A model generated the notes under the pieces. The model had not been told where the DNA came from. It saw only the letters and a list, made by a program, of their open reading frames with translations, and made no database searches. From NCBI GenBank assembly GCA_018823915.1, contig JAHJHM010000127.1, positions 1 through 33,092 of the forward strand: a stretch of DNA of 33,092 nucleotides. Direction: 5' to 3'. This stretch comes from Candidatus Omnitrophota bacterium (GTDB taxonomy: Bacteria > Omnitrophota > Gorgyraeia > Duberdicusellales > 4484-171). The stretch's first letter is position 1. Each line of letters starts with the position of its first letter. This document shows, one piece after another, positions 9,036 to 16,921 of the stretch. Both the position numbers and the translations under genes were made by a program.

Positions 9036-9673
9036 TTATCGCTATAGATGGCCCTGCCGGTTCAGGAAAAACAAGTATAGCTAAGAGGTTGGCGAAAAAA
9101 TTGAATATGTTTTATTTGGATACAGGAGGAACTTACCGCGCACTGACCTTAAAAGCCTTAGAGGGCGATTTAGATTTGAAAGATGAAGTTGCCCTGCAAG
9201 CCATAGCAAAGAATTTAAATTTAAAAATAGAGCAAGATCGAATTTATCTTGACGGTAGAGATGTCAGCGAAAAAATAAGGGCTCCCTTTATAGATAAAAA
9301 TATTTCAAAGATTGTTTCTTACCCTAAGGTAAGAGAAGCGATGGTTTCTTTGCAAAGGAGGATGGCTGAGAGTGGAGATTTTGTCGTAGAAGGCAGAGAT
9401 ATAACTACGGTGGTTTTCCCGCAAAGTAAATTTAAGTTTTATCTTGATGCAGAGTTTGCAGTAAGAGTTCAAAGAAGGTTTAAGGAGTTAGAGAATAAAG
9501 GAGTACAAATTGATTTTGAAGAATTAACAGATGATTTAAAAAGAAGAGATGAGGCAGATATAAATAGAGAAGTTGGCGCTTTAAAACAAAGCCCTGATGC
9601 TGTATATATAGATAGTACCAATTTGAGTCTTGATGAAGCGGCGGAGAAAATTGTAGGGTATATAAGAAATTAG
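9032..9673 (+). CDS. cmk: Cytidylate kinase
   Basis: IAIDGPAGSGKTSIAKRLA P-loop, typical length, ATGA overlap with tyrA. Confidence 0.93.
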   Translation: MIIAIDGPAGSGKTSIAKRLAKKLNMFYLDTGGTYRALTLKALEGDLDLKDEVALQAIAKNLNLKIEQDRIYLDGRDVSEKIRAPFIDKNISKIVSYPKVREAMVSLQRRMAESGDFVVEGRDITTVVFPQSKFKFYLDAEFAVRVQRRFKELENKGVQIDFEELTDDLKRRDEADINREVGALKQSPDAVYIDSTNLSLDEAAEKIVGYIRN

Positions 9674-9680
9674 AGAAACA

Positions 9681-9715
9681 GTTTATGGTTTATGGTTGAT
9701 GGTTTATAGGTTGGA
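9681..9715. repeat. Heptamer tandem array GTTTATG x2, GTTGATG, GTTTATA, GGTTGGA
   Basis: Strict 7-nt period starting 8 nt after the cmk stop. Confidence 0.9.
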
Positions 9716-9745
9716 ATAATAGAATTAAAAATTACAGCGAAATAA

Positions 9746-11539
9746 ATGGAGAATAAGAAGAGGATAAGAAATTTTTGTATTATTGCACATATCGATCATG
9801 GGAAATCTACGCTGGCAGATAGATTTCTGGATTTAGCCGGACAGATAGATAAACGAAAATTTCGCGATCAAGTACTTGACAGTATGGAGTTAGAAAGAGA
9901 AAGAGGTATTACTATTAAGGCAAAGGCAGTGAGATTGAAATTTTTCCAGGGTGATGAAGAATATATTTTAAATCTTATTGATACTCCTGGGCATGTTGAT
10001 TTTACCTATGAGGTGGTTAAGTCTCTTAAAGCTTGTGAGGGGGCAATCCTTTTGGTTGATGCTTCTCAGGGAATAGAAGCGCAAACCGTAGCTAATTTTT
10101 ATTTAGCCTTAGAAAATAATTTAAAGATTATTCCTGTGATTAGTAAAATCGACCTTCCCAATGCTGACATTAAACGCTCACAAGACCAGCTTTGTGAAAT
10201 TTTCGGCTTTAGAAAAGAGGAAATTTCTTTAGTTTCCGCTAAAGAAGGTAAAGGAATAAGAGAAGTGCTGGAAAGAGTAATAACAGAGCTACCCGCCCCT
10301 TCAGGTGAAGCTGACGCTCCGCTTCGTGCGGTTCTGTTTGATTCTACATTTGATCCTTATCGGGGAATCCTATTATTTTTAAGAGTGTTTGATGGGAAAG
10401 TCAATGTGGGAAGTGATATTCTCCTTATGCATCAGAAAAAAACTTATACGGTAGAAGAGGTAGGGATTTTTTTGCCTCAACTGGAAAAAAAGGATTCCCT
10501 TGGTTGTGGAGAAGTAGGTTATCTTTGGTGCAACATAAAGAATCCTGCGGATATATACTTAGGGGATACGATTACTTCTTCTGTTTCTCCTACCCTCCTG
10601 CCCCTGCCAGACTACAAGAGGCTGTCTCCGATGGTTTTTTGCGGGATATTTACCTCTTCGCCTAAGGAATACCCTCTTTTGCGGGAAGCAATAGAGAAAT
10701 TGAGACTATCTGATTCTTCTTTTGTTTATGAACCGGATAATTTAGGCAGTTTAGGTTATGGGTTTAGGTGCGGGTTTTTAGGGCTTCTGCATATGGATAT
10801 TGTTCGGGAGAGATTAGAAAGAGAATATGCCCTCAACCTTCTCCTTACTTCTCCCAATGTGAGGTATAAAGTAAAAAAGAAAGATGGAGAGGTTATAAAT
10901 GTAGAAAGCCCTCATCAACTTCCCGAAAACTCTTATGTGGAAGAAGTAAGTGAGCCATTCGTTAAGGCGGCAATAGTTACCCCCTTAGAAGGAATGGAGC
11001 TTATATGCGATTTAGCAAAATCAAAGAGAGGCCGGTTTGTTAAGATGGATTATTTAGGGAAAGACAGGTTAAATATTATTTTTGAGCTACCTTTGGGAGA
11101 AATAGTTATAGATTTTTATGATAAGATACAGTCTTTGACCAAAGGCTATGCTTCTTTAGATTATGAGTTTATTGGTTATAGAAAAACAGAAATTGTGAAG
11201 CTGGATCTTTATCTTGATAAAAAGAAAATAGAAGCTTTTTCTCTTATCGTGCATAAAGAAAAGGCGGAAAGTAAGGCACGGGCAATAGCGGAGAAATTAA
11301 AAGAGTTAATTCCCCGCCAGATGTATCAAGTAAGCGTTCAAGTAGGAGTGGGGGGAAAAATTGTTGCTGCTGAACGTATCTCGGCGTTGAAAAAAAATGT
11401 TACGGCAAAGTGTTACGGAGGAGACGTTACCCGTAAAAGAAAATTATGGGAAAAGCAGAAAGAAGGAAAGAAAAAAATGAAGCAATTTGGAAAAGTTAAT
11501 GTTCCCCAGGAAGCATTTTTAGAAGTTCTTAAGATGTGA
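9746..11539 (+). CDS. lepA: Translation elongation factor 4 (LepA)
   Basis: IRNFCIIAHIDHGKSTLADR G1 motif, DTPGHVDF G3 motif, and a LepA-specific C-terminal domain. Confidence 0.96.
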   Translation: MENKKRIRNFCIIAHIDHGKSTLADRFLDLAGQIDKRKFRDQVLDSMELERERGITIKAKAVRLKFFQGDEEYILNLIDTPGHVDFTYEVVKSLKACEGAILLVDASQGIEAQTVANFYLALENNLKIIPVISKIDLPNADIKRSQDQLCEIFGFRKEEISLVSAKEGKGIREVLERVITELPAPSGEADAPLRAVLFDSTFDPYRGILLFLRVFDGKVNVGSDILLMHQKKTYTVEEVGIFLPQLEKKDSLGCGEVGYLWCNIKNPADIYLGDTITSSVSPTLLPLPDYKRLSPMVFCGIFTSSPKEYPLLREAIEKLRLSDSSFVYEPDNLGSLGYGFRCGFLGLLHMDIVRERLEREYALNLLLTSPNVRYKVKKKDGEVINVESPHQLPENSYVEEVSEPFVKAAIVTPLEGMELICDLAKSKRGRFVKMDYLGKDRLNIIFELPLGEIVIDFYDKIQSLTKGYASLDYEFIGYRKTEIVKLDLYLDKKKIEAFSLIVHKEKAESKARAIAEKLKELIPRQMYQVSVQVGVGGKIVAAERISALKKNVTAKCYGGDVTRKRKLWEKQKEGKKKMKQFGKVNVPQEAFLEVLKM

Positions 11540-11546
11540 GTGTGCG

Positions 11547-12152
11547 ATGAAAAAAGCGAGTAGAAAAAAGAGCGTATTAAGAGAGTGGATTGAGTCTATA
11601 ATCGTTGCCGCGGCTTTGGCTATCATCGCGAGGACATTCCTCTTTCAAATTTATAAAATTCCCACAACATCAATGGTTCCTACCTTAATGCCGGGGGATA
11701 AAATTTTTGTAAGCAAGATTGTTTATGGGCCTAAGGTGTGTTTTCCTTTTATTGATTTTCACTTACCTGGGTTACGAAAGCCTAAGAGGGGAGAGGTAAT
11801 TGTTTTTATTCCCCCTCATGAAAAGGAACAACCGTGGATAAAAAGAAAGGCTTACATAAAGAGATTGGTGGGCATAGGGGGAGACCATATCCTTATAAAG
11901 AATGGCAATATTTATATAAATAATAAAATGGTGGTTGATGAGGGGATCGCAAAGAATTATTATTACAATCAAGGAGATTATGGAGGAAAGAATCAGGAGA
12001 TAGCTGTACCTGTCAATAAGTATTTTTTCTTAGGAGACAATAGCATGTCTTCCTTAGACAGTCGATTTTGGGGGTTTGTTGACGAGAGAGATATCGTGGG
12101 AAAAGCTATTTTCATCTGGTGGCCGGCAAAAAGAATTGGGATGGTTGAATGA
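11547..12152 (+). CDS. lepB: Signal peptidase I
   Basis: SMVPTL catalytic-Ser box, KRLVG Lys box, GDNSMSSLDSRFWGFV box E. Conserved lepA-lepB pairing. Confidence 0.93.
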   Translation: MKKASRKKSVLREWIESIIVAAALAIIARTFLFQIYKIPTTSMVPTLMPGDKIFVSKIVYGPKVCFPFIDFHLPGLRKPKRGEVIVFIPPHEKEQPWIKRKAYIKRLVGIGGDHILIKNGNIYINNKMVVDEGIAKNYYYNQGDYGGKNQEIAVPVNKYFFLGDNSMSSLDSRFWGFVDERDIVGKAIFIWWPAKRIGMVE

Positions 12153-12163
12153 AAAATTCAAAA

Positions 12164-12205
12164 ATGATAGATGAAAGATATGAGATACTGGATTCTAGAT
12201 GCTAG
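12164..12205. repeat. Heptamer tandem array, 6 units ATNNNAG/ATNNNGG (ATGATAG, ATGAAAG, ATATGAG, ATACTGG, ATTCTAG, ATGCTAG)
   Basis: Strict 7-nt period after the lepB stop. Immediately followed by copy B of the 70-nt repeat. Confidence 0.85.
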
Positions 12206-12211
12206 TAAAAT

Positions 12212-12281
12212 ATTGCCCCTCGCGCCTAAATATCTGAAAAATCTCTTGCGACATTTTTCAGAAGCGCTTCGGGATTAATTC
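12212..12281 (+). repeat. 70-nt structured dispersed repeat, copy B
   Basis: See copy A. Three substitutions, none in the 9-bp inner stem. Confidence 0.9.
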
Positions 12282-12328
12282 TCCGCCTTAGTCCAGCAGG
12301 ACACCCTGTTGGGTAGGCGGAGAATTAA
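12275..12328 (+). promoter_or_regulatory. 54-nt two-tier hairpin in the leader of the glycine-zipper lipoprotein gene, 3' arm abutting the SD
   Basis: Outer 14-bp perfect stem TTAATTCTCCGCCT/AGGCGGAGAATTAA. Inner 8-bp stem CCAGCAGG/CCTGTTGG (one G-U) with loop ACAC. SD AAGGAGG at 12327-12333 overlaps the last 2 nt of the stem. Confidence 0.6.
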
Positions 12329-12339
12329 GGAGGTGTAAG

Positions 12340-12648
12340 ATGAGTAAGTGGTTAGTTTTAATTTGTTTGAGTTTAATTTTGATTGTTGGCTGTACTACTG
12401 TTCAGAGGGGAGCAGGAGTAGGGGCAGTTGCTGGCGGCACTTTAGGGGCAATTATTGGGCATCAGTCAGGCGAAACTGCGGCGGGAGCAGCTATAGGAGC
12501 GGGGGCAGGGGCAGTTACCGGAGCAATCATTGGAGAGCAAGTAGAAAAAAAGTTTTGCCCTAAGTGTGGAAGAAGATTTACTTCTTCTGTTGAATATTGC
12601 CCTTATGATGGAGAAGCGCTAACGCTTATCGAGAATAAAAGCAATTAA
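12340..12648 (+). CDS. Small lipoprotein with glycine-zipper segment and C-terminal CxxC...CPxDG zinc-ribbon-like motif
   Basis: Lipobox LILIVGC. Gly/Ala zipper GAGVGAVAGGTLGAIIGHQSGETAAGAAIGAGAGAVTGAIIG. C-terminal CPKCGRRFTSSVEYCPYDG. AAGGAGG SD at 12327-12333. Confidence 0.75.
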   Translation: MSKWLVLICLSLILIVGCTTVQRGAGVGAVAGGTLGAIIGHQSGETAAGAAIGAGAGAVTGAIIGEQVEKKFCPKCGRRFTSSVEYCPYDGEALTLIENKSN

Positions 12649-12660
12649 AGAGAAGGGACA

Positions 12661-12696
12661 AAGGCACAAAGAATTAAATAAACTCTGTGCTTTATT
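12661..12696 (+). terminator. Weak hairpin plus T-rich tail after the lipoprotein gene
   Basis: AAGGCACA (12661-12668) pairs with TGTGCTTT (12686-12693) with one G-U and a 17-nt loop, followed by ATT. The loop is long for a canonical terminator. Confidence 0.35.
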
Positions 12697-12719
12697 AATG
12701 GTTTTCACTGATAGTTACA

Positions 12720-13289
12720 ATGAATTTGGCAGATAAAATATCTACTCTAAGAATACTTCTTATACCGGTTTTTGTTTCCCTCCTTTGTTATTTTAATCAT
12801 CAGCATCTCCACCTAAGGTATGTAGTGATAGGAGTATTTGCTTTCGCGATTCTTACTGATTTTTTCGATGGATTGGTAGCAAGAATAAAAAAGGAGAAAT
12901 CGGAAATTGGCAAGATAATCGACCCGCTCGCGGACAAATTTCTTCTACTTACCGCTTTTATTTCTCTATATGCCTTAAGACTGCCTTTGCCTCTAAAATT
13001 TAAACTTCCCTTAGAAGTGGTTTTAGTGGTTGTAAGTAGAGACTTCATCATCCTTTTGGGAGTAATCATTTTGCATTTTCTTAAGATAGAAATTTTTATT
13101 TCTCCTTCTGTATGGGGAAAACTTACTACTTTTTTTCAGATGTTTACCATATTAGGTATTTTAGTAGATTTTTCTTTCGTTCCTTTAATTTGGACGATTG
13201 CCATTATTTTTACTTTGATTTCAGGAATTGATTATTTTGTAAGAGGGATTAAGGCAATAAATGGTAGAGTCAGCTCTCCTAATTTTTAG
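12720..13289 (+). CDS. pgsA: CDP-diacylglycerol--glycerol-3-phosphate 3-phosphatidyltransferase (CDP-alcohol phosphatidyltransferase family)
   Basis: DFFDGLVARIKKEKSEIGKIIDPLADK matches D-x2-DG-x2-AR-x8-G-x3-D-x3-D. Multi-pass membrane protein. Confidence 0.88.
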   Translation: MNLADKISTLRILLIPVFVSLLCYFNHQHLHLRYVVIGVFAFAILTDFFDGLVARIKKEKSEIGKIIDPLADKFLLLTAFISLYALRLPLPLKFKLPLEVVLVVVSRDFIILLGVIILHFLKIEIFISPSVWGKLTTFFQMFTILGILVDFSFVPLIWTIAIIFTLISGIDYFVRGIKAINGRVSSPNF

Positions 13290-13863
13290 TTACTTTTTAG
13301 GAAGTATTCCTTTCGGTTTTTTGGTTGCCTATTTGGTCGGGAAAATCGATATAAGAAATTTTGGCTCAGGCAATATTGGGGCAACGAATGTTTTTAGAGT
13401 AGTAGGAAAAAAATGGGGGATATTAGTATTTATTTTTGATTTTTTGAAAGGATTTTTTCCTTCTTGCTTAGTTAGATTGCTTTTACCTTTTTCACCTAAT
13501 TGTATTTTTCTTTTTGCCTCCTGTGCTGTTGTAGCCGGGCATAACTGGCCAATTTTTTTAAAATTTAAAGGGGGCAAAGGAGTCGCCACCAGTTTGGGGG
13601 CAGTAAGCGCATTAAGCTTAGTCTTTCCCGGCTTGAGGATCGTATTGACTTTATCTCTCAGTGTTTGGGCAGGAATTTTTCTTATTTTTCGATTAGTATC
13701 ACTAGCGTCGTTATCTGCCACTGCTGTTTTTTTTGTGCTTTCATTATTTTTTTCAGTACCATGGGAAATTAAAATTTTCTCTTTCATCCTTTTTATACTT
13801 ATTCTAATAAGGCACAAAAAAAATATAAAAAATCTCATTTCCAAAAAGGAGTTTCGATTTTGA
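13261..13863 (+). CDS. plsY: Glycerol-3-phosphate acyltransferase PlsY
   Basis: YFLGSIPFGF and GSGNIGATNVFR motifs. 29-nt overlap with pgsA. Confidence 0.92.
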   Translation: MVESALLIFSYFLGSIPFGFLVAYLVGKIDIRNFGSGNIGATNVFRVVGKKWGILVFIFDFLKGFFPSCLVRLLLPFSPNCIFLFASCAVVAGHNWPIFLKFKGGKGVATSLGAVSALSLVFPGLRIVLTLSLSVWAGIFLIFRLVSLASLSATAVFFVLSLFFSVPWEIKIFSFILFILILIRHKKNIKNLISKKEFRF

Positions 13864-13869
13864 TAGGGT

Positions 13870-13898
13870 TTGACAGTAAAATTGGCTAGAGGTATAAT
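13870..13898 (+). promoter_or_regulatory. Consensus sigma-70-type promoter of recA
   Basis: TTGACA (13870-13875), a 17-nt spacer, then TATAAT (13893-13898). Both hexamers are perfect. About 8 nt downstream come the AAGGAGG SD and ATG 13918. Confidence 0.8.
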
Positions 13899-13917
13899 TT
13901 AAATGAAGGAGGTAATT

Positions 13918-14943
13918 ATGGCTAAAGAGAAAAGTGTTTTAGAGAGTAAAAAGAAAGCTTTACAATTAGCTCTCTCTCAGATAGAGAAGCAATTTGGCAA
14001 GGGCGCGATAATGTACTTAGGAGGAGAGATAAGCCTTGATACCGAGGCACTTGCCACAGGGATTATTTCTTTGGATAAGGTTTTAGGGATTGGGGGATTG
14101 CCGCGGGGAAGAGTTATCGAAATATTTGGACCTGAGGCTTCAGGAAAGACAACTTTAACTTTAAGTATTATTGCACAGGCTCAAAGTGAAGCAGGAGTGG
14201 CTGCTTTTGTTGATGCTGAGCACGCTTTTGATCCTGCTTACGCTAGAATAATCGGAGTAAAATTAGAAGAACTGTTAATTTCTCAGCCCGATACAGGAGA
14301 GCAAGCTTTGGAAATTGTAGAGGCCCTGGTGCGTTCTGGAGCCGTAGATTTAATTGTTATTGATTCAGTCGCGGCGCTGGTGCCTCGGGCAGAGATAGAA
14401 GGGCAAATGGGAGATCCTCAAATGGCCCTACAAGCCCGCCTTATGAGCCAGGCATTAAGGAAGTTGACTGCCGCAATTAGTAAGTCCAAGACATGTGTGG
14501 TATTTATTAATCAGATAAGAATGAAGATTGGGGTGATGTTTGGCTCTCCGGAAGTTACGCCTGGAGGAAGAGCATTGAAATTTTATTCTTCTGTGAGAAT
14601 AGATTTAAGAAAAATTGCTACTATATCTACTGATGAAGGAATAGTGGGGACGAGGGTTAAGGCAAAGATAGTAAAGAATAAAGTTGCCCCTCCCTTTAAG
14701 GAGGCAATTTTTGAGATTATGCACAATGAAGGTGTCTCCAAAGTGGGAGCGTTGATTGATGCCGCCAGCGAATGTGAATTAATAAAAAAAGCAGGGAGTT
14801 GGTTTTCTTATAAGGATAAAAATTTAGCGCAAGGCAAAGAACAATTGAGAATTCTTTTGAGAGAAAATGAAACCTTGAAGAAAGAAATAGAGGAGGACTT
14901 AAAAAAGATAATTTATCCCCAAAAAGAAAAGGAGAAAGAATGA
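13918..14943 (+). CDS. recA: Recombinase RecA
   Basis: [12 protein letters not shown] Walker A and IVIDSVAAL Walker B. AAGGAGG SD at 13906-13912 precedes ATG 13918. The track start 13903 lies inside the SD region. Confidence 0.97.
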   Translation: MAKEKSVLESKKKALQLALSQIEKQFGKGAIMYLGGEISLDTEALATGIISLDKVLGIGGLPRGRVIEIFGPEASGKTTLTLSIIAQAQSEAGVAAFVDAEHAFDPAYARIIGVKLEELLISQPDTGEQALEIVEALVRSGAVDLIVIDSVAALVPRAEIEGQMGDPQMALQARLMSQALRKLTAAISKSKTCVVFINQIRMKIGVMFGSPEVTPGGRALKFYSSVRIDLRKIATISTDEGIVGTRVKAKIVKNKVAPPFKEAIFEIMHNEGVSKVGALIDAASECELIKKAGSWFSYKDKNLAQGKEQLRILLRENETLKKEIEEDLKKIIYPQKEKEKE

Positions 14944-16361
14944 GAAAGTTTATTTTTTTAACTACAGTTTTTGTTTCGATTCCGTTGTTCCTTTATTCTC
15001 AAGATCACGGAGAATTGCAGAAGGCAACGATTAGTGTTGCCGCGGAAGTAGGAAAATCCGTGGTTTCTATAAGTAGCGTGATTAAAGAAAAAGTAAGCCA
15101 AAGACGTCAGTTTGGTTCTCCTTTTGGAGGGTCTCAGGGTGATCCCTTTGGAGGATTCTTTGAAGAATTTTTTGGAACACTTCCTCAGAGAGAATATAAA
15201 AGGGCAGGTTTAGGCAGCGGGGTTATTATTGATAAAGATGGATATATTCTCACCAATGACCATGTTATTTCGGGAGCAACTGAAATTAAGGTTAAGCTTT
15301 CTGATGGAAGAGAATTTGATGCCAAGGTTAAAGGAACAGACCAAAGGAGCGATTTAGCAATAATAAAAATAGATGCTCAAAGTTTACCAGCGGCAAAACT
15401 TGGTGATTCTGACAAGCTTTGTATTGGCGAATGGGTAGTAGCCATAGGAAATCCTTTTGGCTTTGCTATTGAAAATCCTGAACCCACTGTTACCGTAGGA
15501 GTAATTAGCGCTTTGCGGCGTTATATTCCTGCTTTAGGCGCGAGGGAAAAAGATTACGATGACCTTATTCAAACCGATGCGGCGATTAACCCGGGAAATA
15601 GCGGAGGGCCGTTAGTGAACCTTGACGGGGAGGTTGTGGGAGTGAATACGGCAATAATTACGACTTCCGGAGGTTATCAGGGATTAGGTTTTGCTATCCC
15701 CGCGAATAAGGCAAAGAGAATTTTGAATAAACTTATAAAAGGAGAAGAAATTCTTTATGGCTGGTTAGGGGCAAGTATCCAGGATTTAAATGAAGATTTA
15801 CGTAATTACTTCGGAGTTAAAGAAAAAGAAGGTGTAATAATTGTTAAAATTTTTAAGGGTTCTCCTGCCGATAAAGCTAAGCTTAAAGAAGGAGACTTAA
15901 TTTTAAAGTTCGATAATAAATCTGTAAAGACAACAAGAGATTTGGTAAGGATGGTTTCTTTTTCTGAGGCGGATAAGATTCTTCCTGTGGAAGCAATTCG
16001 TGATGGTAAAAAGATGATTGTCTCGGTAAAAATAGGTAAAAGGCCCAAGGATTTAGAAGGCTTGGAAGAGTTAGGGGTTGAAGGCGGAGTAACTTTTAGA
16101 GGTATGAAAGTCGAAGATTTAACTGCTATTCATAAGCAAAGGTTTAGATTGAGGGGGATTGAGGGGGTAGTAATTACTTATATTGAAGATGATTCTTCTG
16201 CCCAAAGGTGTGGTTTACAGGTAGGAGATGTAATTACTAAAATAGAGCAAAAAGAAGTGAAGAACAGTCAGGATTTTGTTTCTATTACTTCTGAAATAAA
16301 AGGGCCATGCCTTTTAAAGACAAATCGAGGGTACATCGTTCTTAAAGATGTAGATGGATAA
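14940..16361 (+). CDS. htrA: Periplasmic serine endoprotease HtrA/DegP family with two PDZ domains
   Basis: Signal peptide. Catalytic triad context [23 protein letters not shown]. Two PDZ-like segments. ATGA overlap with the recA stop. Confidence 0.92.
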   Translation: MRKFIFLTTVFVSIPLFLYSQDHGELQKATISVAAEVGKSVVSISSVIKEKVSQRRQFGSPFGGSQGDPFGGFFEEFFGTLPQREYKRAGLGSGVIIDKDGYILTNDHVISGATEIKVKLSDGREFDAKVKGTDQRSDLAIIKIDAQSLPAAKLGDSDKLCIGEWVVAIGNPFGFAIENPEPTVTVGVISALRRYIPALGAREKDYDDLIQTDAAINPGNSGGPLVNLDGEVVGVNTAIITTSGGYQGLGFAIPANKAKRILNKLIKGEEILYGWLGASIQDLNEDLRNYFGVKEKEGVIIVKIFKGSPADKAKLKEGDLILKFDNKSVKTTRDLVRMVSFSEADKILPVEAIRDGKKMIVSVKIGKRPKDLEGLEELGVEGGVTFRGMKVEDLTAIHKQRFRLRGIEGVVITYIEDDSSAQRCGLQVGDVITKIEQKEVKNSQDFVSITSEIKGPCLLKTNRGYIVLKDVDG

Positions 16362-16386
16362 AGTTCATAGTTCATAGTTGTGAACT
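16362..16386. repeat. Heptamer array AGTTCAT x2 + AGTTGTG with embedded AGTTCA/TGAACT hairpin
   Basis: Starts at the base after the htrA stop codon. Same unit family as 27432-27473. Confidence 0.8.
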
Positions 16387-16459
16387 AATTGAAACGCAAA
16401 TAATTACAGATGAAACCGTGACGGTAAACGGAGTTTAGGAAATCAGCGAAAGCCCGCGT

Positions 16460-16921
16460 ATGAAAAAAGTCAGTGAAGGCTCGCTTCTTGCGAAAGCGCT
16501 AAATTATTCTTTTCTTCTCCTAAGGTATAGGCCGCGAAGCAGAGAGGAAATTATCTCCCGTCTGAAGGAAAAAGGATATCCGTCATCCCTAATAGAGGGA
16601 ACATTAGATTATCTGGAGGAAAAGAATTATATTAATGATGAGGAGTTCGCGCGGACAGCTATTTTTTCTTCTTTGCAGAAGGGGTATGGAAGGAGAAGAA
16701 TTGAATTTATGCTTAAAAAGCTAGGGATTGAGCAGAGTTTAATTGAGGAAAGTTTAAAAAAATACGATTTTAAGGAAAAAATTAGAGAATTAGTAGAAAA
16801 AAAGATTGATTATTATAAAGGGCCGCAAAAATATCAGAAAATTTTAAACTATTTAATTTCAAGAGGCTTTGACCAGGACGAAATTCAAAAAGAGATGCAG
16901 AATTTGGGAGTTGTGGAATAA
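16460..16921 (+). CDS. recX: RecA regulator RecX
   Basis: 153 aa with a three-fold helical-repeat pattern (ALNYSFLLLRYRPRSREEIISRLKEKGY...). Conserved recX-alaS neighbourhood. Stop overlaps the alaS start (TAATG). Confidence 0.85.
   Translation: MKKVSEGSLLAKALNYSFLLLRYRPRSREEIISRLKEKGYPSSLIEGTLDYLEEKNYINDEEFARTAIFSSLQKGYGRRRIEFMLKKLGIEQSLIEESLKKYDFKEKIRELVEKKIDYYKGPQKYQKILNYLISRGFDQDEIQKEMQNLGVVE

Noticed and set aside
12348-12563. 71-aa + strand ORF in an alternative frame of the glycine-zipper lipoprotein gene. Similar same-strand overlaps lie at 25445-25672, 26105-26368 and 30942-31127.
   Set aside because: These are alternative frames of real genes. The Gly-codon-rich (GGN/GCN) stretch keeps a second frame open (Arg/Ser/Gly-rich product). 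There is no SD and no independent support.
13329-13844. 171-aa antisense ORF opposite plsY. Similar antisense ORFs lie at 1142-1567, 2409-2741, 7576-7872, 18648-18992, 19532-19876, 23949-24296, 26598-26915, 29911-30231 and 30595-30933.
   Set aside because: Each lies fully within, or largely overlaps, a confidently identified + strand gene. All have low-complexity Lys/Ser/Phe/Ile-rich translations and no recognisable motifs. They are the typical shadow ORFs of AT-rich coding DNA.
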